Below, in pieces: positions 48,664-60,116 of a stretch of 64,000 nucleotides of DNA. The position numbers and the translations under genes are program-made. Source of the DNA: Solirubrobacterales bacterium (GTDB lineage: Bacteria > Actinomycetota > Thermoleophilia > Solirubrobacterales > Solirubrobacteraceae). The DNA is taken from contig JBIOEX010000003.1 of assembly GCA_044446485.1 (NCBI GenBank), forward strand, positions 18,217-82,216, in the 5' to 3' direction. Each line of letters begins with the position of its first letter. The first letter of the stretch is position 1. Below the pieces are notes generated by a model. That model ran no database searches, was not told the DNA's origin, and saw only the letters and a list, made by a program, of their open reading frames with translations.

Positions 48664-50330
48664 CGCTCCCTCACCCTCACCACATTCGATGCGGCTTCCA
48701 GAAACGGGAAGTCGGCCTCTTGCTTGCACAGGACCCGAAATTGGTAGGAGGCCGGGCCGGGGAACTTGAAGCGGTAGCTCGCGTGGTAGCGGCCGTGAGC
48801 TTTGGTCCTAATCACGTCGAACTCGATCCATTCTCCACTCGCCGAGCGTGCCTCGAGTACCAGCTGCTTGCCGCCCGCGGGTGGCGGCCCACCCTTCAGC
48901 ACGCCTTTGAAGAAGATGCTTCTCCCCACCCTCGCCGTCCGCGGGGCGACGCGCAGGCTCACGCCCGCCCTCACGCCCAGTCTCAGCGTGCGCGTCGCGA
49001 CGGGTAGCGCATCACCGGTGTGTGCGCGGTAGGCAAAGACCAGCGTCCGCGAGGACGCCCCGCGCGCCACACGCACCTCGAAGCGCCCATCCGGACCGGT
49101 CCTCGGGCTCGCCATCGCCAGCGGCTTGGCGCCTTCGTATTCCGGGGTCGCCGTCTCGTCGATCAGCGCACCGCCGATCGGGACGCCTCCGGGTCCCGTC
49201 AGCCTGCCGAATACTGTCTGCGCGCGGCCGTAGGAGCTCGTCAGGCGCTGCTTCCTCGTTCCCCTCCAGCTCGCCGCCAGTGTCGCCTGCGCTGAGGCGT
49301 TCGTCCCATTCGCTGGTCCTGGGACCCCGGGGTTGGCAACCGTGATGTCCCTGTCGAGCACCGGCGCGGCGTTGCCCGCGGCGTCGATCACGCTCACGAT
49401 CAGGTGGTGGAGCCCGTTGCCCACCTTCGTCGTGTCGAAGCCCACACCCGCGCTCACCGACGCCAGGCACGGCTGGATGTAAAGGAACGCCGCTCTCCCG
49501 TCCGTCGTCTGGCCCATGTTCCTGCACTTCCCGCCGTTTTCGTTCACGACAGTGCTCTGAACGACCTGGCCGTCGACATTGAAGATCGCCTCGTACACGC
49601 CAGCCCCTTCGTCCTTCGCGCTGAACGTCACATCGCTCGTGCCGCTCACGGCCCCGGCGCTCGCCAGTTCACCACCCACGTTGCTCGCGCTCGGACCCGA
49701 ACTCTGTTCCAGGAGGATGTCCGCCGCGTACAGGTAGACGACAGCCGCATAGCCGTTGGGGTCACCAAAGCCACTCTGGCATTCGTAGCCTGAAAAACCT
49801 GCAAAACAGGAGACATTCGTGTAGATGTGAGCGCCCAAATAAGTGCTTGGCACCACGACGCGATTGGCACCAGACAGTGGTTGCCCAGGTACGCCTCGGC
49901 CGCCACATTCGAGGGTGTATACGCATTCGTCGAATATGCTCGTCTCGCTTGGTCCGGCAAGCCAGAATTGATAGGTAGTTTTTTCGTTCACGCGGCCGTG
50001 GAGATAGCCTGCTCGCCACAGCGTCGCGTGCGTCATCCTCTCGGCTGCGGGCGCTTCAAACGTCCACGTGGCTTTGTCGATCTGGGCGGCATGGATCGTC
50101 AAATCGCCGAGCGCCGCGATCAGCGCGCCGCCGCTGGCGCAGGTGTTCGTTGCGTAGTCGTCGTACGCGCCGCCGGCTGCCACCGACCCGCTCCATCCGT
50201 CCGCTGGTGCGCTTTCGCCCGACGGTGTCCGGCACGAATACACGTGGTACTCACCCGCCCGCGTATTCCCCGCCACCGCGAGGCTCACGAGCGCCGCCAC
50301 TAACAACGCCTTGCATCCCTTCAACATCAT
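48660..50330 (-). CDS. Secreted Cys/Gly-rich protein with Ig-like C-terminal domains (paralog A)
   Basis: Signal peptide MLKGCKALLVAALVSLAVAG, VIDAAGN, NGTNAS, GGKQLVLE, YRFKFPG. Confidence 0.8.
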   Translation of the reverse strand: MMLKGCKALLVAALVSLAVAGNTRAGEYHVYSCRTPSGESAPADGWSGSVAAGGAYDDYATNTCASGGALIAALGDLTIHAAQIDKATWTFEAPAAERMTHATLWRAGYLHGRVNEKTTYQFWLAGPSETSIFDECVYTLECGGRGVPGQPLSGANRVVVPSTYLGAHIYTNVSCFAGFSGYECQSGFGDPNGYAAVVYLYAADILLEQSSGPSASNVGGELASAGAVSGTSDVTFSAKDEGAGVYEAIFNVDGQVVQSTVVNENGGKCRNMGQTTDGRAAFLYIQPCLASVSAGVGFDTTKVGNGLHHLIVSVIDAAGNAAPVLDRDITVANPGVPGPANGTNASAQATLAASWRGTRKQRLTSSYGRAQTVFGRLTGPGGVPIGGALIDETATPEYEGAKPLAMASPRTGPDGRFEVRVARGASSRTLVFAYRAHTGDALPVATRTLRLGVRAGVSLRVAPRTARVGRSIFFKGVLKGGPPPAGGKQLVLEARSASGEWIEFDVIRTKAHGRYHASYRFKFPGPASYQFRVLCKQEADFPFLEAASNVVRVRER

Positions 50331-50384
50331 CTCGACCCTATGTCGCTCCTTTTCGCCTCACGACCCCCCTCCAACCTTTCAGGG

Positions 50385-51629
50385 TCACCTCCGGAAGCGC
50401 ACGGGCAGCTTGTCCAGCCCGTAGATCCCCGAGATGGTGCCGAACTCGGGCTCGCCATCGAGCTCGAGCTCCTTCAGATGCGTTGCCAGGAACGCCAGCC
50501 CCTCCTGCAACTCCAGGCGGGCCAGATTCGCACCGAGGCAGTAGTGCACGCCGGCGCCGAAAGTCAGCGCCCGTCCGCGGCTGCCCTCCGGCGCGGCGGC
50601 GATGTCGAAGCGCTCCGCGTCCTGCCGGCCATCGTTGCCAAGGTCGCGGTTGCCGGTGAACGCGCAGATCATCATGATCGTGTCCTGCGGGAAGGTCACA
50701 TCACGGTAGGAGATCTCCTCGGTGAGGATCCTCGCTGTGAAGGGCGTGATGGGCTCATACCTCAGCGCCTCCTCCACCGCTCCCCCGGCCAGCTCCGGAT
50801 CATCCCGCAGCATCGCCCACTGGTCCGGATGTTCGGCAAGGAGCCTGATCGCATGAGCGAGCTGGCTCTGGCTCGTGTCCACACCACCGACTAGCACGTT
50901 GAAGACGAGGTTGATGCACTCCACGTCCGAGAGGCGCTCGCCCTCCTCCTCGGCCGCGATCAGCTTCGAGATCAGGTCGTCTCTTGGGTCCTCGCGACGC
51001 GCACGCACCAGCTCCTCTGCGTATTCGTAGAACTCCTCCACCGCCTGAGTGATCTGCTCGATCTCGCTAGCCATGCTCACCGCGTCGAACTGGCGCTGAA
51101 TCCAATTCGACCAATGGTGTAGCCGCGGCGCATCCTCCAAGGGAGCGCCCATCACCGAGGCGATCACGAGCGAGGGATAGGGCTTGGCGAAAGCCTCGAC
51201 GAAGTCGCAACGGACGAGATCCTCATCCCGTGCCGACTCCACGGCATCCGCCAGCAGGCCTTCCAAAAAGCCCCGCATCCGGGGGCGGTAGCGCTCCACG
51301 GCGCGCGGCGACAGCGCGGGGTTCACGAGGCCGCGCAGGCGCGTGTGGTCGGGGCCGTTGACGTGGAGGATGTTGCGGACCATCTGCTCGTACAGCGGCC
51401 CCTCCGTCACGCCGAAGATCTCGGCGATCTTCATCCCCGGGAAGATCGCGGAACGGGTGCGCAGGAAGAACTCGGCCGACTCGCGGTCCAGCGCTATGTA
51501 GCCGTACGGGCCCTCGGCGAGCCAGCCCTTCGCGCGCACCGCCGCCATCTCCTCGTGGAAGCGCTCCCCGTGCAGCGACGGGTCCATGTAGTCAAAGGCG
51601 GGGAGCTCGAGCTCAGCGACGAGCGTCAT
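50385..51629 (-). CDS. Cytochrome P450
   Basis: I-helix GGVDTS, EEALR (ExxR), [10 protein letters not shown] heme ligand. Confidence 0.95.
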   Translation of the reverse strand: MTLVAELELPAFDYMDPSLHGERFHEEMAAVRAKGWLAEGPYGYIALDRESAEFFLRTRSAIFPGMKIAEIFGVTEGPLYEQMVRNILHVNGPDHTRLRGLVNPALSPRAVERYRPRMRGFLEGLLADAVESARDEDLVRCDFVEAFAKPYPSLVIASVMGAPLEDAPRLHHWSNWIQRQFDAVSMASEIEQITQAVEEFYEYAEELVRARREDPRDDLISKLIAAEEEGERLSDVECINLVFNVLVGGVDTSQSQLAHAIRLLAEHPDQWAMLRDDPELAGGAVEEALRYEPITPFTARILTEEISYRDVTFPQDTIMMICAFTGNRDLGNDGRQDAERFDIAAAPEGSRGRALTFGAGVHYCLGANLARLELQEGLAFLATHLKELELDGEPEFGTISGIYGLDKLPVRFRR

Positions 51630-51641
51630 CGCCGCCGGACG

Positions 51642-51815
51642 CTACCAGCGTCCGTACCACCTGCGTCGTCCTCCACCCTCGGGCAGACCGCCCACGAAAA
51701 ACCCGATCAGCCACAGGATGACTGCGATCACCAGCACGTACCACAACACGTGCACGGCGAAGCCGAGGCCCCCAAGCAGGGCGAGTATCAGCACGAGTGC
51801 GATCAGAGCAACCAT
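51642..51815 (-). CDS. Small hydrophobic membrane protein (57 aa)
   Basis: Strong AAGGAGG RBS; [25 protein letters not shown]...RRWYGRW. Confidence 0.75.
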   Translation of the reverse strand: MVALIALVLILALLGGLGFAVHVLWYVLVIAVILWLIGFFVGGLPEGGGRRRWYGRW

Positions 51816-51957
51816 GTCGATTTCCTCCTTCGTCTCTTTGCCTGCGCTTGATTGCGCCTGCTCGCTCAGAGACCTACCCGCTCCTCGCCGCCGTGAATCC
51901 CCCAACCGCGATAAGCGGCACGGCGCCCGATACCCGGCCGGTAGGATCCCGGGGGTA

Positions 51958-53613
<1,656 letters not shown>

Positions 53614-53618
53614 AGCGC

Positions 53619-55457
53619 TTGCGTAGAGCTCTCGTTTGCGGCGGTGCGATCGCGGCGCTCTCGAGCACCGCCACGCTTGCCCTCGCCTCCAAGCAGGCCG
53701 CGTTCGTTGCGCCGCCGGCGCCGCACTGCGTGCCGAGCACGCTGAACCGCTCCGCGGTGCTGCCCGGGTCAAGCCTCGCGGTATCTCCGCTGCCCGACTC
53801 CTACGACGCCTCGCCGCGCACGCAGATCAGCCTGCTGGGGGCGCCTGCAGGAGCGCTCAGCGCCATCAGCGTCTCAGGCTCACAGACGGGCAAGCACAGC
53901 GGGCGCCTGATTGCCTACTCCCAGGGGGACGGTGCGAGCTTCGTGCCGTCCAGACCGTTCCGCTCCGGCGAGACGGTGAGCGTGCGCGGCAAGCTTCAGA
54001 GCTCTGGTGAGACGTTCTTGATCGCCTTTCACTTCGTCGTCGCCCAGGCGGACACCCATACGTATAAGCCCACGGCACACATCGCGGCCAGCCCGGGCCA
54101 GGTGCAGCGCTTTCACTCGCGAGCGGACCTGCAGCCGCCAGCGCTCGTGATCACGGCGCGCTCGCCCCAGACTGCCCCGGGAGAGCTCTTCTCGACCCCC
54201 TACTCAGGGCCGGGCCAGTCCGGGCCTATGATCTTCGACGAAGCCGGCAACGTGGTCTGGTTCGACCCGCTGCCAGCGGGCCTCGACGCAAGCAACCTGC
54301 AGGTGCAGCAGCTCTACGGAAAGCCTGTGCTGAGCTGGTGGCAGGGCCACATCCCGCCGCAGGGATTCGGGGAAGGCGAAGAGGTGATCGCCAACAGCGC
54401 CTACCAGCAGATCGGGCGCGTCTACGCGGGCAACGGCTTCAAGGCCGACCTCCACGACTTCCACCTCACGCCGCTGGACACCGCGGTGTTGACCGTGTTT
54501 GACCCGATCAACTGCGACCTCTCGGCAGTGGGCGGTCCCAGCCACGGCGCGGCCACCGACAGCATCTTCCAGGAAATCGACCTGCGCACGGGGCTGGTCA
54601 GACGCGAGTGGCACAGCCTCGACCACGTTCCGCTCAGCGACTCATACAGCCCGGCGCACAGCACGAGCACCGAATGGCCGTTTGACTTCTTCCACATCAA
54701 CTCGGTCGACCAGCTCGCGGGCGAAAGGACATTGATCTCGGCGCGCAACACCTCAGCGCTGTACGAACTGAACACGCTCACCGGCCAGGTGCTGCTGCGC
54801 GTGGGGGGCAAGCACTCGGACATCACGCTCGCGCCCGGCGCGGCCGTCGCCTACCAGCACGACGCGACCCTGCTGGAAAACGGGACGATCAGCATCTTCG
54901 ACAACGGAGCGGTCCCCAAGGTCCATCCCCAGTCGCGCGGGCTCGTGGTGGCGATCAACGCGCAGGCAAAAACCGGCACGGTCGTGGCGCAGTACGAGCA
55001 CCCCGGAGCGGTGCTCTCCTCAGGCAGCCAGGGCAACATCCAGCAGCTCCCGGGCGGCGACATGTTCGTGGGCTGGGGCTCGGAGCCCTACTTCTCGGAG
55101 TTCAGCCCCACCGGGCAGCTCCTCTTCGACGGCCACATGCACGGCTCCTACCAGTCCTACCGCACCTACCGCTTCCCCTGGACAGGCACGCCCGCCAGCC
55201 CGCCCGCGATCGCGGCAGTCGCGGCACACTCGGGCGCGCCGATTACGGTCTATGCGAGCTGGAACGGCGCAACTACAGTCGTGAACTGGCGCGTGCTCGC
55301 GGGCCCCTCGCCGCAGCAGCTCGCGCCGGTGGCCACGGCCGCCCGCACCGGTTTCGAGACGGCGATCGGAACCCCCGGCGCCGCGCCCTACGTGGCGGTG
55401 CAGGCGCTCGACGCATCCAGCGCCGTGCTCGGCACCTCCCCCACAATCAAAGGCTAG
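53619..55457 (+). CDS. Secreted arylsulfotransferase (ASST)-family protein
   Basis: Signal peptide; DLHDF, FFHINSVD, LISARNT, YQHDA, FDNG, SQGNIQ, SYRTYR. Confidence 0.85.
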   Translation: MRRALVCGGAIAALSSTATLALASKQAAFVAPPAPHCVPSTLNRSAVLPGSSLAVSPLPDSYDASPRTQISLLGAPAGALSAISVSGSQTGKHSGRLIAYSQGDGASFVPSRPFRSGETVSVRGKLQSSGETFLIAFHFVVAQADTHTYKPTAHIAASPGQVQRFHSRADLQPPALVITARSPQTAPGELFSTPYSGPGQSGPMIFDEAGNVVWFDPLPAGLDASNLQVQQLYGKPVLSWWQGHIPPQGFGEGEEVIANSAYQQIGRVYAGNGFKADLHDFHLTPLDTAVLTVFDPINCDLSAVGGPSHGAATDSIFQEIDLRTGLVRREWHSLDHVPLSDSYSPAHSTSTEWPFDFFHINSVDQLAGERTLISARNTSALYELNTLTGQVLLRVGGKHSDITLAPGAAVAYQHDATLLENGTISIFDNGAVPKVHPQSRGLVVAINAQAKTGTVVAQYEHPGAVLSSGSQGNIQQLPGGDMFVGWGSEPYFSEFSPTGQLLFDGHMHGSYQSYRTYRFPWTGTPASPPAIAAVAAHSGAPITVYASWNGATTVVNWRVLAGPSPQQLAPVATAARTGFETAIGTPGAAPYVAVQALDASSAVLGTSPTIKG

Positions 55458-55510
55458 AGAGGGCCTGGCTCCCGGTCAGCGGGCTGATCCCCTCCGAGCG
55501 CGGCCTCGTG

Positions 55511-55577
55511 CTCTTGTGGATTTCCAGGCCGTTTTGGGCCTTGAACAGAGTCGGCATGAAGAAGAATCCATCGCTTC
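55511..55577 (-). repeat. Dispersed ~65-bp intergenic repeat, copy 3 (inverted)
   Basis: Reverse complement gaagcgatggattcttcttcatgccgactctgttcaaggcccaaaacggcctggaaatccacaagag aligns with copies 1 and 2. Confidence 0.85.
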
Positions 55578-55585
55578 GCTCGCTC

Positions 55586-55632
55586 TCTAAGCATTTCTAA
55601 GGAAGACAAGTCTGGCCTTAGAAAATCGTAGA
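55586..55632. promoter_or_regulatory. Operator-like box array next to repeat copy 3
   Basis: TCTAAG at 55586 and 55596; inverted CTTAGA at 55617 and CGTAGA at 55627. Confidence 0.35.
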
Positions 55633-55691
55633 GGGGAGTCACGGCGCGGCTTTCCGGAACACTTCGCCCCGCCAGATACCCTCTACCGCCC

Positions 55692-56777
55692 ATGCCCGTA
55701 GCGATCGTCACCGGATCAGGCGGCCTAGTCGGCTCGGAGTCCGTTAAGCACTTCGTGCAGGCGGGGTTCGAGGTGGTCGGCTTGGAGAACGACATGCGTG
55801 CCAGCTTTTTTGGGCCCGATGCCTCCACAGCCCACACGACCGAGGCGCTGGCACAGCGCTATCTCGACGAGTTCCAAACGCTTGAGATCGACATCCGCGA
55901 CGGCGAGGGCGTTGAGCGGATCTTTTCCGAGCGCGCCGCGGAGATCGAGCTGGTCATCCATGCTGCGGCGCAGCCTTCCCACGACTGGGCGGCGTCGGAT
56001 CCTCAGACGGACTTCGCGGTGAACGCGAACGGGACGCTGAACCTGCTGGAGGCGACGCGCAAGCGCGCGCCGGGTGCGACGTTTGTGTTCTGTTCGACGA
56101 ACAAGGTTTACGGGGACCTGCCCAACTCGCTGCCGCTGCTGGAGTTGCCCCAGCGCCTCGAGCTCCCCGAGGATCACCGCTACTACGAGGGCATCGACAC
56201 CACGATGCCGATCGATCAGAGCACTCATTCGCCGTTCGGGGTCTCCAAGGCCGCCGCGGACCTGCTCGTGCAGGAGTACGGCCGCTACTTCGAGTTGCCG
56301 ACCGTGTGTTTCAGGGGAGGGTGTCTGACGGGTCCCAATCACGCAGGTACCCAGTTACACGGGTTTCTGTCCTATCTGATGCGTTGCACGATGACCGGCG
56401 AGAAGTACACGGTGTTCGGATACGGCGGCAAGCAGGTGCGCGACAACATCCATTCCGCGGACCTGGCGGCGGCGTTCGAGGCGTTTCACCGTACTCCCAA
56501 AGCTGGCGCGGTGTACAACATCGGCGGGGGCAGGCAGAGCAACTGCTCGATGCTCGAGGCGATCGATCTGTGCCAGGAGATCGCCGGCCGTGAGCTGGAT
56601 TGGAGCCTCGGCGAGGAGAACCGGGTCGGTGACCACAAGTGGTGGATCAGCGACCTGGAGCCGTTCAAGCGCGACTACCCAAGTTGGGGCATTAGTCACG
56701 ACGTGCGGGACATCTTGCGCGAGATCCACGACCGCAACGCTGAGCGATGGGTCGCGCCTGAGTCCTCACGATCTTAG
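55692..56777 (+). CDS. NAD-dependent epimerase, CDP-paratose 2-epimerase (RfbE)-like
   Basis: [35 protein letters not shown]. Confidence 0.85.
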   Translation: MPVAIVTGSGGLVGSESVKHFVQAGFEVVGLENDMRASFFGPDASTAHTTEALAQRYLDEFQTLEIDIRDGEGVERIFSERAAEIELVIHAAAQPSHDWAASDPQTDFAVNANGTLNLLEATRKRAPGATFVFCSTNKVYGDLPNSLPLLELPQRLELPEDHRYYEGIDTTMPIDQSTHSPFGVSKAAADLLVQEYGRYFELPTVCFRGGCLTGPNHAGTQLHGFLSYLMRCTMTGEKYTVFGYGGKQVRDNIHSADLAAAFEAFHRTPKAGAVYNIGGGRQSNCSMLEAIDLCQEIAGRELDWSLGEENRVGDHKWWISDLEPFKRDYPSWGISHDVRDILREIHDRNAERWVAPESSRS

Positions 56778-57848
56778 GCTCAGCACTTGATCCTCGCGGG
56801 CCGGTTCCCTCGGGGGTTTGAGGGGATGGCGGGCGTTGTGGTGAAGCAGCAGGGCTCCGACGAGCACGAAGGGAACGAAGTTGACCGCGTGCAGGACGAG
56901 CGCGTAGGGGAGCGCCTCGAAGTGGGGTACGCCGAAAGCTTTCAGCGCGATCAGGGCGGCCCCCTCGAACACCCCGATGGCACCGGGTGGCGAGGGCAGG
57001 ATCATGCCAAGCCCGACCGCCACGACCACGAGCACCCCGCAGGCGAAAGACAGGTGCAGGTGAAAGGCCACGCTCACGATGTAGGCGCACAGCGCCGAGA
57101 ACATCCAGGCGAGGACGGTCCACAGGAAGGCCTCCAGCGCGACCGTCCCGTGGCGCAGGCCGCTGAGGCCATGCGTCAGCTCATCGACTGTGCGGTCCAG
57201 GCGCGTGCCCGAGAACCAGGCGAACCTGCGCAACGGGCGCAGCAGCAAGCGCAGGGACCGGTCGCCATACACCGCAAGAATCGTCGCGGCTGAAGCGATC
57301 AGTCCCGCCAGCACGATTGCGGCGAGTGCCGCCGCGCCGAACCAGCTCACGTGGGGCAGCCACGGCTCGGCCGCGAAGAAGATCACGAGGATCGCGATCA
57401 CGTCGTACATCCGCTCGAGCACGACGGTTCCGACGATCTCCACCGGGGGGGCGGAGCTTCGCTGGGTGAGCACCAGTACGCGAGCCGCTTCTCCAGCGCG
57501 AGCAGGCAGGATGCTGTTGTAGAAGTAGCCGACCATCATCGCGTCCAAGACAACCCCCCTCGGGGGACGGCGGCCTGGAGCGAACAGCGAGCGCCAGCGC
57601 AGCCCTCGCGCCACGTTTCCCAACCCGAAGGCGATCAGGGCTCCTATCAGCCATAGGTAGTCGCTCGTTCGCAGCGCATGCCAGGCCTGACCCAGTTTGA
57701 TGCCGCTGAGAGCGACATAGGAGAAGACCACGGTGACCGCGATCGTCACCACGTTGATCAGCAGGCGCGACCGGCTGGCCGCAGCCCAGTCCGGTAGGCG
57801 ACGGCGCCCGCGGCTGCTGGGTCGGTCCTCTCGGTCTTCCGCGAGCAC
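56766..57848 (-). CDS. Lysylphosphatidylglycerol synthase TM / AglD2-like flippase-family membrane protein
   Basis: [33 protein letters not shown]. Confidence 0.88.
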   Translation of the reverse strand: MLAEDREDRPSSRGRRRLPDWAAASRSRLLINVVTIAVTVVFSYVALSGIKLGQAWHALRTSDYLWLIGALIAFGLGNVARGLRWRSLFAPGRRPPRGVVLDAMMVGYFYNSILPARAGEAARVLVLTQRSSAPPVEIVGTVVLERMYDVIAILVIFFAAEPWLPHVSWFGAAALAAIVLAGLIASAATILAVYGDRSLRLLLRPLRRFAWFSGTRLDRTVDELTHGLSGLRHGTVALEAFLWTVLAWMFSALCAYIVSVAFHLHLSFACGVLVVVAVGLGMILPSPPGAIGVFEGAALIALKAFGVPHFEALPYALVLHAVNFVPFVLVGALLLHHNARHPLKPPREPAREDQVLSLRS

Positions 57849-57925
57849 CGCGCCAAGGTAGTGGATATGCCAGATCCACTCGCTCGCTACCCGCCCTCGC
57901 CTCTGACAGCTACCCTCTGGCGCCC

Positions 57926-58489
57926 ATGCGCGCCCTCACCGTACGCCTAGCCGGCCTGGTCGTGATCCAGCCCTCCGTCCACGGTGACGAGCGGGGCTTC
58001 TTCACCGAGACCTACAGGCACAAGTGGCATGCCGAGCTCGGGATTCCGCCGCAGATGCAGTTCGTGCAGGACAACCATTCGCGTTCCGCGCGTGGCGTTG
58101 TGCGGGGCATGCACTTCCACATTGGCGACGGCGTGGCCAAGCTGGTGCGCTGCGCGCGCGGTGCGATCATCGACGTCGCGGTCGATCTGCGCAGGGGCTC
58201 GCCCACCTATGGGCAGTGGGAGGCCGTCGAACTCGACGACGAGAGCATGCGCGAGCTGTTTGTGCCCGTCGGCTTCGCCCACGGCTTCTGCGTGCTCTCA
58301 GACGTCGCCGACGTGCTCTACAAGCAGACCGCCTACTACGACCCGGCCGTCGAGCGTGGCATCGCCTGGGACGACCCCGATATTGGGATCGAGTGGCCGC
58401 TGCCGGAGGACGAGCTGATCGTCTCCGAGCGAGACCGGCAGGCGCCCAAGCTGGCCGAGGTCGCCGCCGAGCTGCCGTTTCGCTACTGA
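57926..58489 (+). CDS. rfbC: dTDP-4-dehydrorhamnose 3,5-epimerase
   Basis: DERGFFTE, QDNHSRS, VRGMH, KLVRC, VDLRRGSPTYG, GFAHGF. Confidence 0.95.
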   Translation: MRALTVRLAGLVVIQPSVHGDERGFFTETYRHKWHAELGIPPQMQFVQDNHSRSARGVVRGMHFHIGDGVAKLVRCARGAIIDVAVDLRRGSPTYGQWEAVELDDESMRELFVPVGFAHGFCVLSDVADVLYKQTAYYDPAVERGIAWDDPDIGIEWPLPEDELIVSERDRQAPKLAEVAAELPFRY

Positions 58490-58562
58490 ATCCTCGGTCA
58501 TTGGGCCAGGTTACGGCCCCGCAGACACGTGGCGCTCCCGCTGTGCCGATGCTCTATGCATC

Positions 58563-59981
58563 GTGCGATTCCCTGTTTCATTGCGTGCTGGCACGCGCCT
58601 GGTTCTCGCCGTCGTCGTGTTCGCGGGCGCCGCGCTTGGCGGCCCGGCCGGGACGGCGCTGGTTACGAACGCCTCCGCGGCTGAAGCCGGCGTAAACCTG
58701 AATACCCTCGAACCGGCGGCCATAGCCCAGGCCTCGGCGCTCGGGGCGCACTGGGTAAGGGTGTTCGCCGTGTGGAGCGACCTCGAACCGACTCGGGGCG
58801 TGCACGACGAGGGATGGCTTAGTCAGTACGACCGGCTGCTCGGCTCGCTGCCGAGTGGGACCCACGTGATCATCGACTTTGTGGGCGCTCCCTCGTGGGA
58901 GAGCGGCTCCGCTGCTCCCAACGCCCCGCCGGCGAACCCCGCCGACTACGCGAATCTGCTGCACTACATCGCGGAGCGTTGGGCTGGGCACGTGGCGGCG
59001 TATGAGATCTGGAACGAGGAGGACGCGTCGCGGTGGTGGGCAGGCGGCCCCGACCCTGCTGCTTACACCCGCCTGCTGCAGGCGGCATACCCGGCGGTCA
59101 AGTCGGCCGATCCAGCCGCAGAGGTGGTGCTGGGGGGGCTGACTGGCAACGACTACAACTTCCTGCAGGGTGTCTATCAGGCCGGTGGCAAGGGCTACTT
59201 CGACGCGGTCGGCGTGCACACCGATACCGCCTGCAATGTCAACTCGCCTTACGTCTTCCTGCGCGACGCGAATGGGCGATTGGATCAGGACTCGTTCATC
59301 GGCTACCGCGAGGTGCACGCCACCGAGCTGGCCAATGGCGATCAGGTGCCGATCTGGATGACGGAGATGAGCTGGCGCACCACGAGCGCCACCTGTCAGG
59401 AAGGCGCTTGGGCCGGCCTCAAGCCCGAGGGGGTGACAGACGAACAACAGGCCACCTATTTGTCACAGGCCTATCACTGCCTCGCCTCAGCTCCGTATGT
59501 GCAGGTCGGTTTGTGGTACCCGGTTGCAGACGTTGGTTTGGTCAATTCTGGCCTGCTCCGCGTCAACCACTCGCACAAGCCGTCCTACGCGGCGATGCGT
59601 TCCTACATCCAGCACGGCGATCTGCTCAAAGGCGCCTGCGGTGACTTCTCCGGGCCGAAGATCCAGGTATATGACCCCACTCGCGTGCGCTACAGCGGCA
59701 TTCTGCGCATCAAGGTAAGGGCCACCGACAGCCAGGGCATTCAGCGTATCCGCCTGCTGGACGACGGCCATCTGATTCGCAACTTCGATCCCGGTGTGCA
59801 CACGCACATCTACCCGCATGCGCTGGTCGCGGAAATGCATTGGTTCGGGGCGAGGCACATCTCGATCGGCCGCCACCGCTTGACGATTATCGCTTACAAC
59901 AAGCTGCGCAGCGTCTCGCGCGTTTACGTTTCGATCGTGCACCTCCCCGCGGCGCCGGCGCATCACCATCACCACGGCTAG
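58563..59981 (+). CDS. Secreted clan GH-A glycoside hydrolase (GH39/GH5-like) with C-terminal Ig-like domain
   Basis: Signal peptide, HWVRVF, YEIWNEE (acid/base), DAVGVH, IWMTE (nucleophile); ends HHHHHG. Confidence 0.82.
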   Translation: MRFPVSLRAGTRLVLAVVVFAGAALGGPAGTALVTNASAAEAGVNLNTLEPAAIAQASALGAHWVRVFAVWSDLEPTRGVHDEGWLSQYDRLLGSLPSGTHVIIDFVGAPSWESGSAAPNAPPANPADYANLLHYIAERWAGHVAAYEIWNEEDASRWWAGGPDPAAYTRLLQAAYPAVKSADPAAEVVLGGLTGNDYNFLQGVYQAGGKGYFDAVGVHTDTACNVNSPYVFLRDANGRLDQDSFIGYREVHATELANGDQVPIWMTEMSWRTTSATCQEGAWAGLKPEGVTDEQQATYLSQAYHCLASAPYVQVGLWYPVADVGLVNSGLLRVNHSHKPSYAAMRSYIQHGDLLKGACGDFSGPKIQVYDPTRVRYSGILRIKVRATDSQGIQRIRLLDDGHLIRNFDPGVHTHIYPHALVAEMHWFGARHISIGRHRLTIIAYNKLRSVSRVYVSIVHLPAAPAHHHHHG

Positions 59982-60033
59982 ACAGCGGGTAGACGGCAGC
60001 CCTACTAGAGCCGACGCCAGCGTACTCTACGCA

Positions 60034-60083
60034 TCGTGCTAATCATGACATAGTCGTGCTAATAACGCGATGAATTAGCACGA
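60034..60083. promoter_or_regulatory. Three 10-bp boxes at exact 20-bp spacing (two direct, one inverted)
   Basis: TCGTGCTAAT at 60034 and 60054; ATTAGCACGA at 60074. Confidence 0.65.
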
Positions 60084-60116
60084 TTATCGACAAAGCGGCG
60101 CGACTATCCTCCTTGG

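Noticed and set aside
51816-51957. Cobalamin riboswitch upstream of the B12-dependent mutase
   Set aside because: No B12-box or conserved core visible in this short spacer
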